From positions 42,036,001 to 42,100,000 of the forward strand of contig OX597822.1 of NCBI GenBank assembly GCA_951406725.2: a DNA stretch of 64,000 nt, in the 5' to 3' direction. A program made the translations under genes and the position numbers. Below, one piece after another: positions 14,401 to 28,400 of this stretch. Within the stretch, counting starts at the first letter, position 1, and the number at the start of each line of letters is the position of its first letter. The notes beneath the pieces were generated by a model, which ran no database searches, was not told the DNA's origin, and saw only the letters and a program-made list of their open reading frames with translations. Source of the stretch: Octopus vulgaris (taxonomy: Eukaryota).

Positions 14401-15905
14401 TGAAAATGATAGAATTACAAAAAGATATGTCTGCACAAGATTGTTTACAGTGAATTTTGTGGCTCTGTGTACAATTCACTCTTGAAGTAGGTTTACAATT
14501 GCACAAAAAGATAAGAGAATCAAACTAGATTTATATCAGAGGATTCCCTCTCAAAATTGTTCCCCAACTAAAGGGACTCACAAAACAGCAGAGGCTTGAA
14601 TTCTGAGTTTTCTACCTATTTCCAAAATAAATCACTACCACCTCAACAAAGTCTCTTTTTGAGACAAATAATCTGATGAGATTTCAAGGTCCTTCCAACT
14701 GGTTGTACAACATCCCTATTCACCACCTCAACTATTTCTACATCCCTACACATTATTGCTAGACAGTTATTCATTTTATGTGGAACATACTTTTAACAGT
14801 TTTTTCTTAATTAAGCTGCATTTCTAGTAACTCATCTTTGCTAACAAGTTTAGTAAGATGTCATGAGGGAACTGTGCCAGTCTAGTCCCTGGCAACCTGA
14901 TCATTTCACAGGTTATATTGGATTATGTGTTACCAATAGCACAAAAAGTGGCCTGACATCAACTGTTGATGGAGAAGTTAGCCACACATCTTAGTTTACC
15001 TCAACATATGATGAAAAACTCTATCCCCAGCAAGAGTTGAACTTAGCATTGCAAGCTAACAAAATATTTGGTCCATTTCAGTGCTACACTCTTTGAAGTG
15101 GGGTCTTGTTTCTACTGTGTCATGTCTATTTACAACTAGGTTGCCTGGACTGCTTGGTAGTGTTAATTATCTCAACAAAAAACTCAGTATAACATCAGTA
15201 CTGCTTACAACTTATAAATCTCTAATCTTTTTTTGTCTGTCCATTCCATATACACTCATGATGCTGCACTAACCTAACCACACTCACCTTGCCACACTAC
15301 TATTGTCTTTAGTCAATACATTAGTAGGCAACATAAAACAAATTAAGTTTTAAAATTTTTTAATTTTAAGTCTCGTGTCTTTATACTTTGAGCTCAAATC
15401 CTTTTGGGGTCAAACATTGTCTTCCATCTTTACAAGTCATTCAAAGTTTCAGTGGTGGTGGTTGGGGCTCAGTTTAACAACGAACCTACCCTAACAACAA
15501 TGTTAACCCTGTGTTTCAATGAACTCTCCCTTACAACTATGTTAACTCTGAGTCTCTATCAATAGTAGGGTCTAACCCTTTTTAAAAGTTATGTTACCTT
15601 GTTTTTTGTCAATATCAGTCTAATTATAAACCTTCATTCTCATAACCATGTGACAAGGTTGGCAACCAAGGGCTGGAAGATGTGCTTGGCTAACTCGAAA
15701 TGCTCTGTGCTGAATTGCGCACCACCTTATCGTTAACTTCTCCCTCATCAGTATGGAGAGTCTCATTAACATTATTTATTGCTGTTCTTAAATTGTTATT
15801 ACTGATTGCCCCTTTTAACTAAATGTAAATCAGCCAGCTGCCTTCACTGTCTTTTGCCCATGTGGCCAAGAAAAGAAATCATCATCATTATCGTTATTAT
15901 TATTA

Positions 15906-16522
15906 AGGTGGCAGAATCTTTAGTACACCAAACAAAATACTTATTCGTGCTTTTGTCTGTCTTCACATTCTGAGTTCAAATTCCACCAGGGTCAACTTTG
16001 CCTTTCATCCTTTCAAAGTCTTTTAAGTACCAGGTGAACACTGGGGTCAATGTAATCAAGTCGTCCAACTCCTCTCAAATTTCAGGCCTTGTTCCTATAG
16101 CAGAAAGGATTATTATGTTTTTCTTCTTCTTTCAATTTTGTTTTCATTTCTTGCCAAGTATCTTCCATTATTATTATTATCCGTGGCTTTTATGGCTTTT
16201 TCCACGAGTAACCTTTCGAAGCGCCTCCCCTTTTTGGGAATTTCAATTGTTATATTTTCGTTGTTATCTCTGGAATTTTTACACAGTTTTTTACAAACGG
16301 ACAAAACCCTTTGTAACCTTTCGTCCTGTTTTGTCCCTTTATGTTTTAATTAATTTTTCGCCCATCACTACATTCTCAGTTCGAATTCCACTGAGGTCGA
16401 CTTTGCCTTTCGTCTTTCCAGGGTCAATAAATTAAGTACCAGTTGAGTACTGGGGTCAATGTAATTGCCTTAACCCCTCCTCCCAAATTTCAGGCTTTGT
16501 GTCTATAGTAGAAAGGATTATT
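15906..16522 (+). mobile_element. Two SINE family B copies (Nin/Deu-domain-like) with an intervening LINE-3'UTR-like segment
   Basis: TTCTGAGTTCAAATTCC B-box-like motif followed by CTTTGCCTTTCATCCTTTC...AAGTACCAG at 15906-16112 and 16370-16522. Confidence 0.75.
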
Positions 16523-16666
16523 ACTACTACTACTACTACTACTGTTGTTGTACTGGAATTTTTATATACAACTTATGTTAATAACCATTGAATTGCTAAG
16601 TAAATTTCACCATTACTGGCGTAATTGTTGTTATTGTTATCATTATTAATGTTATTTATATTGCAG

Positions 16667-16774
16667 CTGACAGCACTTTGCTCAACATGTCCAGTTGTGC
16701 AGAAAACAAAGAGAGTTTCTTCTCACATAGCACCTTTGAGTCAGACCAAGTCACTCTACGTAAGAAGACTGAAG
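16667..16774 (+). CDS. RhoGAP gene exon (first found in window), 108 nt, phase 1-1
   Basis: ttgcag|CTGAC...GAAG|gtgaga; encodes [35 protein letters not shown]. Confidence 0.7.
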
Positions 16775-16808
16775 GTGAGAGTCCTCTTTATCTCTCTCTC
16801 TCTCTTTA

Positions 16809-16846
<38 letters not shown>

Positions 16847-19037
16847 CCCCCTTCCTTAAGCATCAGGGTCAATGTAATCAACTAACTCCCACCCACATAA
16901 TTTCAAGCCTAAAGCAAGTAAGGATTTATTATTATTATTGTTGCTGCAATGGTGGTAGATCAGCAGAATCAGAAGAACTCTGAAGAAAGTGGCTGTATCG
17001 GTATCTAAATTCTGAGTCCAAATTAGGCGCATGCCATCAGTAATTACTCAGGGTAGGCAGTTGGTGAGCTATATGTAGTAAAACACAAAAATAAATAAGC
17101 AAAACACAGGCACGCGACTGAGTTAAAGGCAGATTTACTTCTGCCTTTATAGCATGTAAAGTAAACAGTGTTGGAGGAGTGTACACAGCTTGTGTACTAC
17201 AGCATTACTATGTGTGGCTTAAATACTGAGATTGAAAAGCAGAAGCGAATTATGCCTACCTAATCTACAAAAAAATAAAATATTTTGCATTTTCTGCATA
17301 GTAATCAGAGTAACCTTCATAATTTTATTGAATTAGGTACATATTTTGCCATGAGAGGAAAATGTTGCTATCAATCTATTTTATCCAAGATAGGCACTGC
17401 CTACCTTGCTCACCTAGACGGCATGTCCCTGGTTCAAATTCTGCTGAGGCCAACATTGCCTTTCATCCTTCATATGGCATGATCATAGGCCTCTGTTATT
17501 AGAGATGTCTTGTGACTAAACAATACTCTACATTAATATTGATCTGCTAAATGTTTTCTAATTCATAAAAGTATCATATTTCATACCTGATCTACTATAA
17601 TTGGAAGTATCCATTGACTCTGAGAAGTAGAAGTTGTGGTGTTCATACCTAATACTCACCATCTCTAACCTAGTACTCTGACATGGTAGCATTGTACTTA
17701 ATCCATACTGCACTGCTAATAATATAGTACTTGACCAGGAGTTTAACACCTATAACATGGTACATTACTTGGAGTCCAATGATGACATGTTTCTTAACAT
17801 AAATGTAGAATTCAGAACCAAAATCCTAGTTCTGTATATCCAAAATTTGCTTGATGCCTTTCATGGTAAATGTCACCTGACATTAGTCTCACCAGCCAGC
17901 GGAGGTGAAGGGCACTGTCCCCTCATAACTAATGTCTGTTTTGGACACAAGTATCAGATAATTACTTATGCTATTTAACTAGAATTTAATAACCTTTGTT
18001 CCACCAATCATTAACCATTAACTAACCACTCGCTCAATCTTTACCCCTAGCAATCAATTATTAACTTTTACTCCTCCAAAAAAAGTCAATAAACCCTGTT
18101 TTATGATTCTGCAGATTTGTCCCCGGAACAAGATGCTGTCAAGTTACAGAGACGTACCTCCTATCTTATGGCCACCGCTAAAGAACGTTCAGATCTCAAC
18201 ACACCGTTGCAGTCCATCAACAAATTCAATTCCATCACTCCAGATAAACTGTAAGTATTTCTATCTGCTGCCCAGTATCATGTCATTGATGCCCTTTATT
18301 ACACAGCAGTGTGCCTTATGTCACATTGACACATCATACATACTATGGCACACCTTACTACACATCATACATACCATGGCAGCACCTTACTACACATTTA
18401 TACACTGATATACTTCCATATATCTTATCTAGATAGCCTTATGTGTGTATTCTTTGATTACATTTTTCAGTCTGGCATTTATTGTAGCAAATATGTTTGA
18501 TATAAAAGATATGACTCAGTAAACCTGTTTATATCATCATTATCATCATCATTTAATGTCTGCTTTCCATGCTAGCATGGGTTGGATGATTTGACTGAAG
18601 ACTGGTGAACCAGATGGCTGCGCCAAGCTCCAATCTGATCTGGCAGAGTTTCTACAGCTGGATGCCCTTCCTAACGCCAACTACTCTGAGAGTGTAGTGG
18701 GTGCTTTTACGTGCCAATATATATATATATACACAGTGCAGTGTAGGTATCAGTTAGAGGGGTTTAATACCTCTACAGGATAATTAAATCCAAAGTCGCT
18801 CCTTGTTATTACCTGGGTAGGTACAGTCTTTTGTAAAGTTGTACGGTAGCAGGTGGTTTGGTTGATAGACCATAGTTTAGGTTATATAGGAGAAGAAAAT
18901 GGATGTAATAACAATGGGAAACTTGTGGTTTTCACTGATATGCCTTTAATTTAATTAGATAACAATTATCTAATTAAATTAAAGGCATACGAGCGAAAAC
19001 CATGAGTTTCCCCTTATTATTACATCCATTTTCTTCT

Positions 19038-19106
<69 letters not shown>

Positions 19107-22100
19107 ACAGATTTCCAGTTTTAGATTTTCCTGAAGGCCATGGTAGAAGACACCTCAGGTACCACACAATTAGATGAAACCCAGGACCACATGGTTACAA
19201 AATGAATTTCTTAATCACAAAGCTATGCCTCAATGATATTAATATTTATCATGAAAGTTACTATATTCCTTGTATAAAGTTTTTACCTTTGTCTTTTGCA
19301 GATCCTTACCTATTTATGACAGTTCCTCACAAACAGTTCAGTCCAAGAAATTAAAGTCTTCCATTCTAATTGAGGAAAAAGTAAGTTTTGTTTATGCCCT
19401 CTTCATTGTAAACAAAGATGTGATCGTACTAATTAATTACTCATTAATTTTAGGTAAAGTAATTTAAGCAGAAATATCTGTTTTCCCCACTCCTATCTAA
19501 TATAGAGAGAAATGTGAATTGCTATCCAGGATTGAAATCATTTTTGTGGTTTAATCAGAGGAGGAAGGAGTGCACCCACGACCCTTTTCAGTGCTTCCAT
19601 GAATGGTAGGAGTAAGAAAAGAAAGGGCATTACCCTCAGGCTGACACAAGTGTTTGCAGTAGACTGGACTCCACTGAAGGCAGTCAGAAGCCAGTTTAGT
19701 GGTATTAAACTACGCAAAGGATTCAATTTAAGACCCCTAAGTGGGAATGGCCCTTATGATAGACTTCACAGTTTTTGCCTCACAAATTTCACTCACTAGA
19801 TCTTGGTTTATGTGAGGCTACACAATCAGACCCAAAACCATAGTCACATAGTCATGCCTGCACTCAAAAAGCAAACTTCATTCAAACTATTGTCAGACTA
19901 CACTAAGTCTCTAATAATCTGTCTTCTTAAGAGATAGCCTTCACTCAGGCTTCACTCATCTATCTCTTTGTTAGAAAACTTCCTTTATTCATGCTCTTAG
20001 TAACTGATGACTGGTGACTTGAGAACCTTCTGTGTGATTATCTATTAATAAGATATACTGGTGACTTTTAAGCTATTCTCAGATTTTGTTTTTACTGAGT
20101 ACCCTTCACTTAAACTCTGCTCATTAAAGATATAACTGCAGCAATTGTTTTGGTTCTCTCCTTCATCTCCTCTCTCCTTGCCTCTGTCTCCTTCACTTTC
20201 CCTTTTAACCCTCATTAAAAGAGGAGTTAATGTGATATCATTAAAACTATTCTGTGGCTAAATCAAAAGTAATCTGAATGGGTTTTTTCCCCTTTTTTTT
20301 TTAGACTAATTCCTCAATAGCAGAAGAACCAAGCAGAAGTGACTTCACCCCATCGCAATCGTCTAGTCCACCGAAAGAAGCCAAGAAAGAAGGATGTTTA
20401 TCCTGCAAGAATGCCATCATTGATGGAAAGGTCAGTTGAGACTCTGTCACTTTTTTTTTTTAATACAAGAGAGATGACTGGTGTTGTTGTGTGGTCATGT
20501 GATGTGTGCATTATAGCCAATTGATGTAGTGACATGTTGTCATGTGATGTGGCTGTGTGATCATGTGATGTGAGTGACTGTTATATGTTGAAGTATTATA
20601 AGCTGATGCTCTGAGCTTGTGAAGTTATTAGTAGTAGGTCAACATTTGAGAGTACTTGCATAAAATGTTGGATGGCAGGTTATGACTGTCTGATAGGGAC
20701 GCACAGGACGGAAACACAACAAATGTAACATTAACCAGACATCTATAGATATCCCAACCAACATCAACAGTAATGAGGGTGGTGTTAAAGAATTCTAAGC
20801 ATAAAATCTTTTCTTGCCTCCATATCTTGCTAAAACACTTTTGGATCAACCCAACTGATTCAGTGGTGCCAGTGAAATATTGATCAGTATTTCTGGCTAT
20901 AATGCAGTGTGTTGAAGAGTATTTGGCTATTGCATTGAACAAATCAAGAAATATTGACTTAACTGGTGCTGATTTATTGTTGTGTATATCCTACTCAGTT
21001 CTGATTGAGTAGATCTGGACAAAATACACAAATACAAAATAGAGCAGGATTCTATACCAGTGGTAGTCAAACATGGGTCAGTTAATCCTAAAAAGCAGAC
21101 AAGTTTGTACAAAAGACTCAGGGTCAGTCATCTTTACCTGCACATAATTGTTGCAGTGTTTTTAGACTACCTGCCCTTTTCCATTAATGCACATTATCCA
21201 CCACATCCAATAGCATATTTTGTTGCAGTGCAGTACCACATGTCATACAGAAACCTCATTCAATTTTTCTTCAGTTATAGAAAGAACCCCTTTTGTTAGC
21301 AGCTGCATGAAATTTGTCCACACATAAAATGCACTCATGCCAGTGCCACATGTGATGCATTCATGCCAGTACTGTGTCATTGCACCCATGCCAGTCCTAC
21401 ATTAAAAACACCCAGCACTCTCTGCAAAGTGGTTGTTGTTAGGAAGGGTATCCAGCTGTAGAAACCATGCCAAAACATACAACTGGAGTCTGGACAGCTC
21501 CTGAGTTGGCCAGCTCCTGTCAAGTCATCCAACCCATACCAGCATGGAAAAACCAATGTTAAACAATGATGATGAGGATGTTCTCACAATGATTTTGGAA
21601 TGCTTACTTTCATTGTTGATAGTCATCAAAGTAAAAAAAAAAAATTATCTACCATCCAGACTCCCAGGGTAGTTAAAGTAATTTATTCCATGTTATTTTA
21701 ACTGTTAACCACCCCTATGCAGTAGCTGCTACATACAAAGTCCCTCTTCTCTGTCAGTCTGCCCGTGATTCTACTATAGCTTTTCTGCCCACACTGAGGA
21801 CACTGTGTAGAGTTCCTGCTTAGTCTTTTTATGCATATCAAGAATGAGTAGTTCCCAGATGGCAGTAGCTGTCTGTATTCTTTCTTGCTAAATAAAGCTA
21901 TTATCTTAGCTGCGTGTGCACATATATTTGTGTTGTTGTTTGTATTTATGTATGTGGGTGTGCACCCAACTGTTAAAAAGGATTAGTTACATGTGTGTTT
22001 ATATATGTGGAGGAGACTGTGTGTGGATGTATGTATCTTTACCTCTAAATCAACATATGGGTCTATGTGTTTATACTTACATGTGCAATAATGATATATA

Positions 22101-23268
22101 ACTAAGAAAACATAAATAGACACAGGAGTGGCTGTGTGGCAAGTAGCTTGCTTACCAACCACATGATTCTGGGTTCAGTCCCAATGTGTGGCACCTTGGG
22201 CAAGTGTCTTCTACTATAGCCTTGGTCTGACCAAAGCCTTGTGAGTGGATTTGGTAGACAGAAACTGAAAGAAGCCTGTTGTATATATGTACATATGTAT
22301 ATGTTTGTGTGTCTGTGTTTGTCCCCACAATATCACTGGACAACCGATGGTTGTGTGTTTATGTCTCTGTAACTTAGCGGTTCGGCAAAAGAGACCGATA
22401 GAATAAGTACTGGGCTTACAAAAAATATAAGTCCTGGGGTCGATTTGCTCAACTAAAGGCGGTGCTCCAGCATGGTCGCAGTCAAATGACTGAAACAAGT
22501 AAAAGAGTAAAAGAGTACTGGATGTAATCTGTCTATCTTTCTATCTCTGTCTCTTTGTTTATATGTGTCTATTTATCTCTTTTTATGTATATGTATCTAT
22601 GTATATCTATCTATTTATTTGTCTGTCTGACTATTTATCTATCTATATGTTTCTATATATCTATATGTTTCTACCTATCTATATCTGCTTCTCTATTTAA
22701 CTACATCTATCTCTACCTACTTATCTCTCTCTGTCTCTCTACAGAGGTCTAGTGATCGCTCCTGGAAACCATGTTTGGTGCTGCTGAAAGGCCAAGAACT
22801 CTATCTCAGTGACAAACGCAAGGACAATAATTCAGTTGTGAGTTTTTCTCTTTCATCTCTGACCTCTCATATCACTAATTTCACACAACACCACCAAAGT
22901 CCTTCATTTCTATAATACAATATTTGTGACACACCGGGCCATTCAGCTGTTTGGTCTCTAAAGCTAAAGCTTTTTCCTTACATATCAAAGATAATGGTTT
23001 CTTATTCAAAAGAATATTTGACGAAGAATAATTCTCTTACGATTGACTTTTACATCTTGGTTTCTGTTTGGTGTGTGGAGTCAAGAAAACCTGGAAGCGT
23101 TCTAGAGTCTCCCACCCTATGTAGCCAGAGATAAGTTTGGGTGTAATAATTTTGTTTATAAGAAAATAAAGAGATTATTCAAAGTAGACATTATGTAAAA
23201 CATCAACTAACCTCTCATTGGTTAAAGCTTAAATAAAGCTATTATGAATGTGTGTGTGTGTGTGTATG

Positions 23269-23315
<47 letters not shown>

Positions 23316-25460
23316 CCACACACATATGTAGATATATTTGTACATGTATACATACAGGTATTCCTAGTCTTACAGCTAAGGTGTCTGCAAATCAAAAACT
23401 GCCCCACACATCTCAAGGCAGAGTGTGTTATTTTGTTTCAAAGGTTCTTTTTTGGAATGTTGGATTTTGAAGGAGATAAGCAATAAATTATAGCATGTAT
23501 AGGGATTTTTAACCCATCATTTACATGCTATTATTTATAGCTTAACTGCTTCAAGATCTAACATTCCAGAAGAGAATTATTTTATGTTCTCTTGAAGTTT
23601 ATAGAAATTCTTATGACATCAACGAAATTTCGAAGTTTATTTGCAACTTACATAAGGAGGCAGCCCAGCTACATGCTGAACCATCTTAGTGGACAGAGAG
23701 CTGCTGTCCTCCTAATGAAACATTCAGCAAGGTGAAAGTTGCCCTAATAGCAAGCACTGAGCAGTATCATCAATATTAAGGTTGAAATCTTTCAATTCTT
23801 TCCTGTCTCAAGTTGGTGCTTATTATGGCTGTGTGGTAACCAATTTGCTTCCCAACCACATAGTTTTGGGGTCTGTCCCACTGCATGGTACCTTAGCCAA
23901 GTGTCTTGTACTATAGTGCCATCCAACCAAAGCCTGTGAGTGGATTTGATAGATGGAAACTGAAAGATGCACATTGTATCTGTGTTTGTGTGTGTCACCA
24001 CCACTTGACAACTGATGTTGGTTTGTTTGTGACCTCCTAACTTAGCAGTTCAGCAAAGGAGATCAGTATGATAAATAACAGGCTTTAAAATAAAAGAAAG
24101 TAAAGCACTGAAGTACCAAGGTCGATTCATTCAACTAAAATTTTTCAAGGTGGTACCCCAGCATGGACACAGTTCAATGGCTGAAACAAGCAAATGATAG
24201 ATGATACATTAAAATCTGTATATTCTTTCGTTAATGTTTAGTTCTCTTTGGACCCCCTTTCTTCCCTAGTGTGCCAACATTGAGAGTAGTGATAAGCCAG
24301 AAAAATATAATTGGGAACTTTCTAAAGGATTTCTCATGAAATCATATATAGACTGGTCTATGAACATGACACAAAGAACTGGACTAGGTACCATGAGTTA
24401 TATTGCTCAATGTTCCTAGAATTCTTCTAGTCTATTGTCCTGTTTTATTGTCTATCAGCCTTGAATGGATGAAAGGCAAAGTTAACTCATGTAGGATTTG
24501 AACTCAAACCTTGAGCAAGTACCATAAGGCATTCTATCCTATGTTCCAATGACTCCAGTGACTCTGAAATTTGCTGGTTTGGCTAACAGAGAAATATTTC
24601 ATATATAATAGATGCACAGAAGTTGGCACTTAGTACCCAAGAAAGGAATGTGCTCATTGCACAAAAAAAAAAAAAAACTTGCATAAAGTAGTTAAAGATT
24701 TCTGTACTAAGGAAACCTAATTGGCAATTGAAAATGGGGGTTACAAAAACATCGTAGTTAGAATAAGGACAGAATGGGGAAAAATTCAGAAAGATATTGC
24801 CTCTATTAACACCAATTTTTAGCCATTAATTCATAGAAATATTGTCTCTTTGAAAATGTAATGTTGTTTACATAATTTTGCGTAGTTGTTTCTCAATTAT
24901 GTTCACTCATAGTAAGGGACCAGTCCATAGTCCCAGATTATATGAGATAACAACTGAAGATTAATCTCTTGAGGACTCTAAATAGCTTTTATCTGTGCTG
25001 ATCTATTGGTAATCCTTTGAAACACTGAAATTCTTGTAGAACCCAATCTCCCAAAGACAATCAAAATATTTCTTTAAATATTAAGTGATTTTTCTATTTA
25101 ATTTTCTGCTGAAACTTTCAAATATTGATCATCCTGTGTCTTTTTTATTTTTCTGCAGAACTCTGAGTTTGATCAGCCTGTGTCTATAAAGTCTTCTTCA
25201 GTGGATGTGGCCACAGATTATACCAAGAAGAAGAATGTATTTCGTCTGACCACCAACAATCATACGTCAGAGTTTCTCTTTCAGGCTGAGGACTATGAAA
25301 CAATGTGGTCCTGGATTCAGGCCCTCAGATCCTCTAGTGATAGTGAAATAGATTATGTAAGTACACAGCTTTTCAAGTTAATCATTGCTTTGTATCAAAG
25401 GGTATGCAGATTTCATTGTGTTACACATAATATATAACTAAATATCTCTTTCTTTGTCCC

Positions 25461-25498
<38 letters not shown>

Positions 25499-28400
25499 TA
25501 CATATCTATAATATATACATATATGCAGCATAAAAAGCACCATCCGTTCGTGTCCGTTGCCAGCCTCGCCTGGCCCTCGTGCCGGTGGCACATAAAAAGC
25601 ACCATCCGTTCGTGGCCGTTTGCCAGCTCTGTCTGGCACCTGTGCGGGTGGCACGTAAAAAGCACCCACTACACTCACGGAGTGGTTGGCATTAGGAAGG
25701 GCATCCAGCCGTAGAAACACTGCCAGATTTGACTGGGCCTGATGAAGCCTTCTGGCTTCACAGACCCCAGTAGAACCGTCCAACCCATGCTAAACGATGA
25801 TGATGATGATGCAGTGGCAAACTGGGTCTAAAAATATTGGTTCCAAGGAGACTAAAGGGGCCCACCTGCAACTACAATGCTATCATTTATTTTATTTATT
25901 TTTTTTTGTTAAAAGTATTCCTTTCAATTATCTACAAACACAGCCAAGCTGAAATAATGAATGCATTCTTCCAGGAGTGAATAAAAAATTCTCAAATTTG
26001 AGGAGATGGGCCTCTTAGATATTGGGCCCCCATAATATAGATTCTAATGGTGCAGGGGCCCACTTGCCATCAGGCAAGCTGGCAATCTGGCCAGTCCGCC
26101 AAAGCATATATGTCTATATAATTTGTAGCATGTATGTATAGTGAATATTACAAGACTGCCAGTGAAAGCTTTTGTATAACAGTGATCTACTTCTCATTAA
26201 TCATTGCTGAATCAGTTGGAAAATTCGAGGGAAAGCTCCCAAGCTGGAATCAGAACCTAGAAGTGAGAAGCCTGAGAGATTGTATAGAGACATATAGGGA
26301 ATATAACATCACCACTTTCATTCTATTTCCGTATATATTATTTTACTTTTCAGAATTGTCTATCTTTTAGTAATTAACTTTTTAGGAATATTGTGACATT
26401 AATACATTTCCTAATGATTTTAATGATAAATCTGAAGTTGTTTTGATGTCCCAGATTGGTGAAACAGATACACCCTTGTGGTATGTGCATATAGCTGCTA
26501 GATGTACTATGTCAGGGTATTATACGAAGGAATCAAGAGTTGTTGAATATTGAAGTATGTTATAGTGGTGTATAGACTGAAGCCCAGTTCTTGCGATAAA
26601 CACTTAACAATATGAAGAATGTGTCGGCTGGTGGAAATGTTTATTACTGTATTGTCCAACATACAAATCAACATAGTATATAATATAAACATTGAAACAT
26701 CATCACTATGTTTTTGAATCTTGCTGCATTTCACATGGAATTTCTCATCCTCCAACATCGTTTTGGTGTATAAGTCAACCTACCTTTTTTAACTGTAAAT
26801 TTTGGTCTGAAAATCACAACTTGTATGCCAGAAAATACTGTAAATATTTTCAGTTTCTAGCATTTGCAGTGTGTTGTCTGTGTTGGAGGAGTCTAGGACA
26901 TTTACCCCCCACGATGAATAACACCCACCCACCAAAAACAATTACCCTGAGGACAACAGATGATGATTTAAGACTTATTTCTTTACTGCACACAAGGGGC
27001 TAAACATAGAGGGGACAAACAAGGACAGACAAAGGGATTAAATTGATTACATCAATCCCAGTGCATAACTGGTACTTAATTTATCGACCCCAAAACGATG
27101 AAAGGCAAAGTCAACCTCAGTAGAATTTGAACTCAGAACATAGCGGCAGACGAAATACTGCTAAGCATTTTGCCCTGCGTGCTAACATTTCTGCCAGCTT
27201 GCCACCTTTAAGACTTCTTAATATATTAGAGATGAGGTAATTAACCAAGGTGGTTAGTTGTCATTGGGGGGAATTGTCCTGATACAATGTTAATGGTGTG
27301 TGAGAGTATATATTGAGGGTGAGTGAGTGTACATACCGTTAATTTGATATTTTATTTCTATGTGATATGGATTGGGTGGGGGGACATCTTTGGAACTCTT
27401 GAAGGAGACTAGTCTGCTTCGTACAGAAACTTTAATCAGTATAAAATCATTTATAATGACTTAACAATCTTTTACAATTAATTATTGAATATTTTGTTTT
27501 TGACAGGAAACAACACCCACCTCTGTACCTAACGTAAAAAGCTCCCCACAGATGCCAGTGAAAAGTTCAAAGAAATTGCAAGTGCTGTCTTTTCGACATA
27601 AAATGACACATTCCCCAAGTACTCGCCGACGAAAAACTAATGGTAAGTCCTTTCAAGTATCGAGTTAATTCTACTGGTGGGAGGTGAACCTTGAGGGTGA
27701 GTTTGTTTTTGACATAAGACCATTTTTGTATTGACACATTCAGCTTGGAATTGACATGGTGACTGACATAGGGGTCTTTGATTTTGATACAGGAGTACCT
27801 TGGGGGTTGATATGTAGTTACTTTGTGTTTTATACAGGTACACCTAATGGTCTATATAAGGTTGATAGGGCAGGGGTTCTCAACCATGTTTTATTTATGG
27901 ACCCCTTTAACTACTACTTTATTCTGGTTGAACCCCATAGCCATTCAATGTTTAAAAACTAGCTTTATAGAAACTACTTTCAAAATTCCCATTTTGTTTT
28001 TCACACATTAATTTGTGTAGATTAAATTATGTAAACTGTGAGAGTAAAAGAAAAGCCTAACTGTTTCTTGCAATGCATACCATTACATAATCTAAAGCAA
28101 ATTTTTTTCAGGGGTCCTTAAAAATATCATTTTGGATCCCTAATTTACTATTTCATTGAGGACCCTCACAGGCCAATAGACCCAGGTTGAGAACCACTGA
28201 TTTAGAGCATCTTTATGTTGGCATAAAACACAATATTTGGCAGAAGGCACTTTGTGGTTGACACAGGGTTACCTTGTGGTTGATACAAGGGCACCTTGTG
28301 GTTGACATAAGGACAGGGACACTATTTAACATGGAGGTAGCTTTTGTTTGACATACAGGCTATATTCTGATTAAAAAAGAAATACCTTCTTTTGAATGTT

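Noticed and set aside
14860-15160. Possible exon-like GC-richer segment
   Set aside because: Contains stops in all frames and resembles a decayed RTE ORF2 fragment (TVDGE..F..Y..ELN..ANKIFG)
22118-22200. tRNA gene
   Set aside because: The A/B boxes belong to a SINE head; no complete cloverleaf, and it is followed by SINE body and tail
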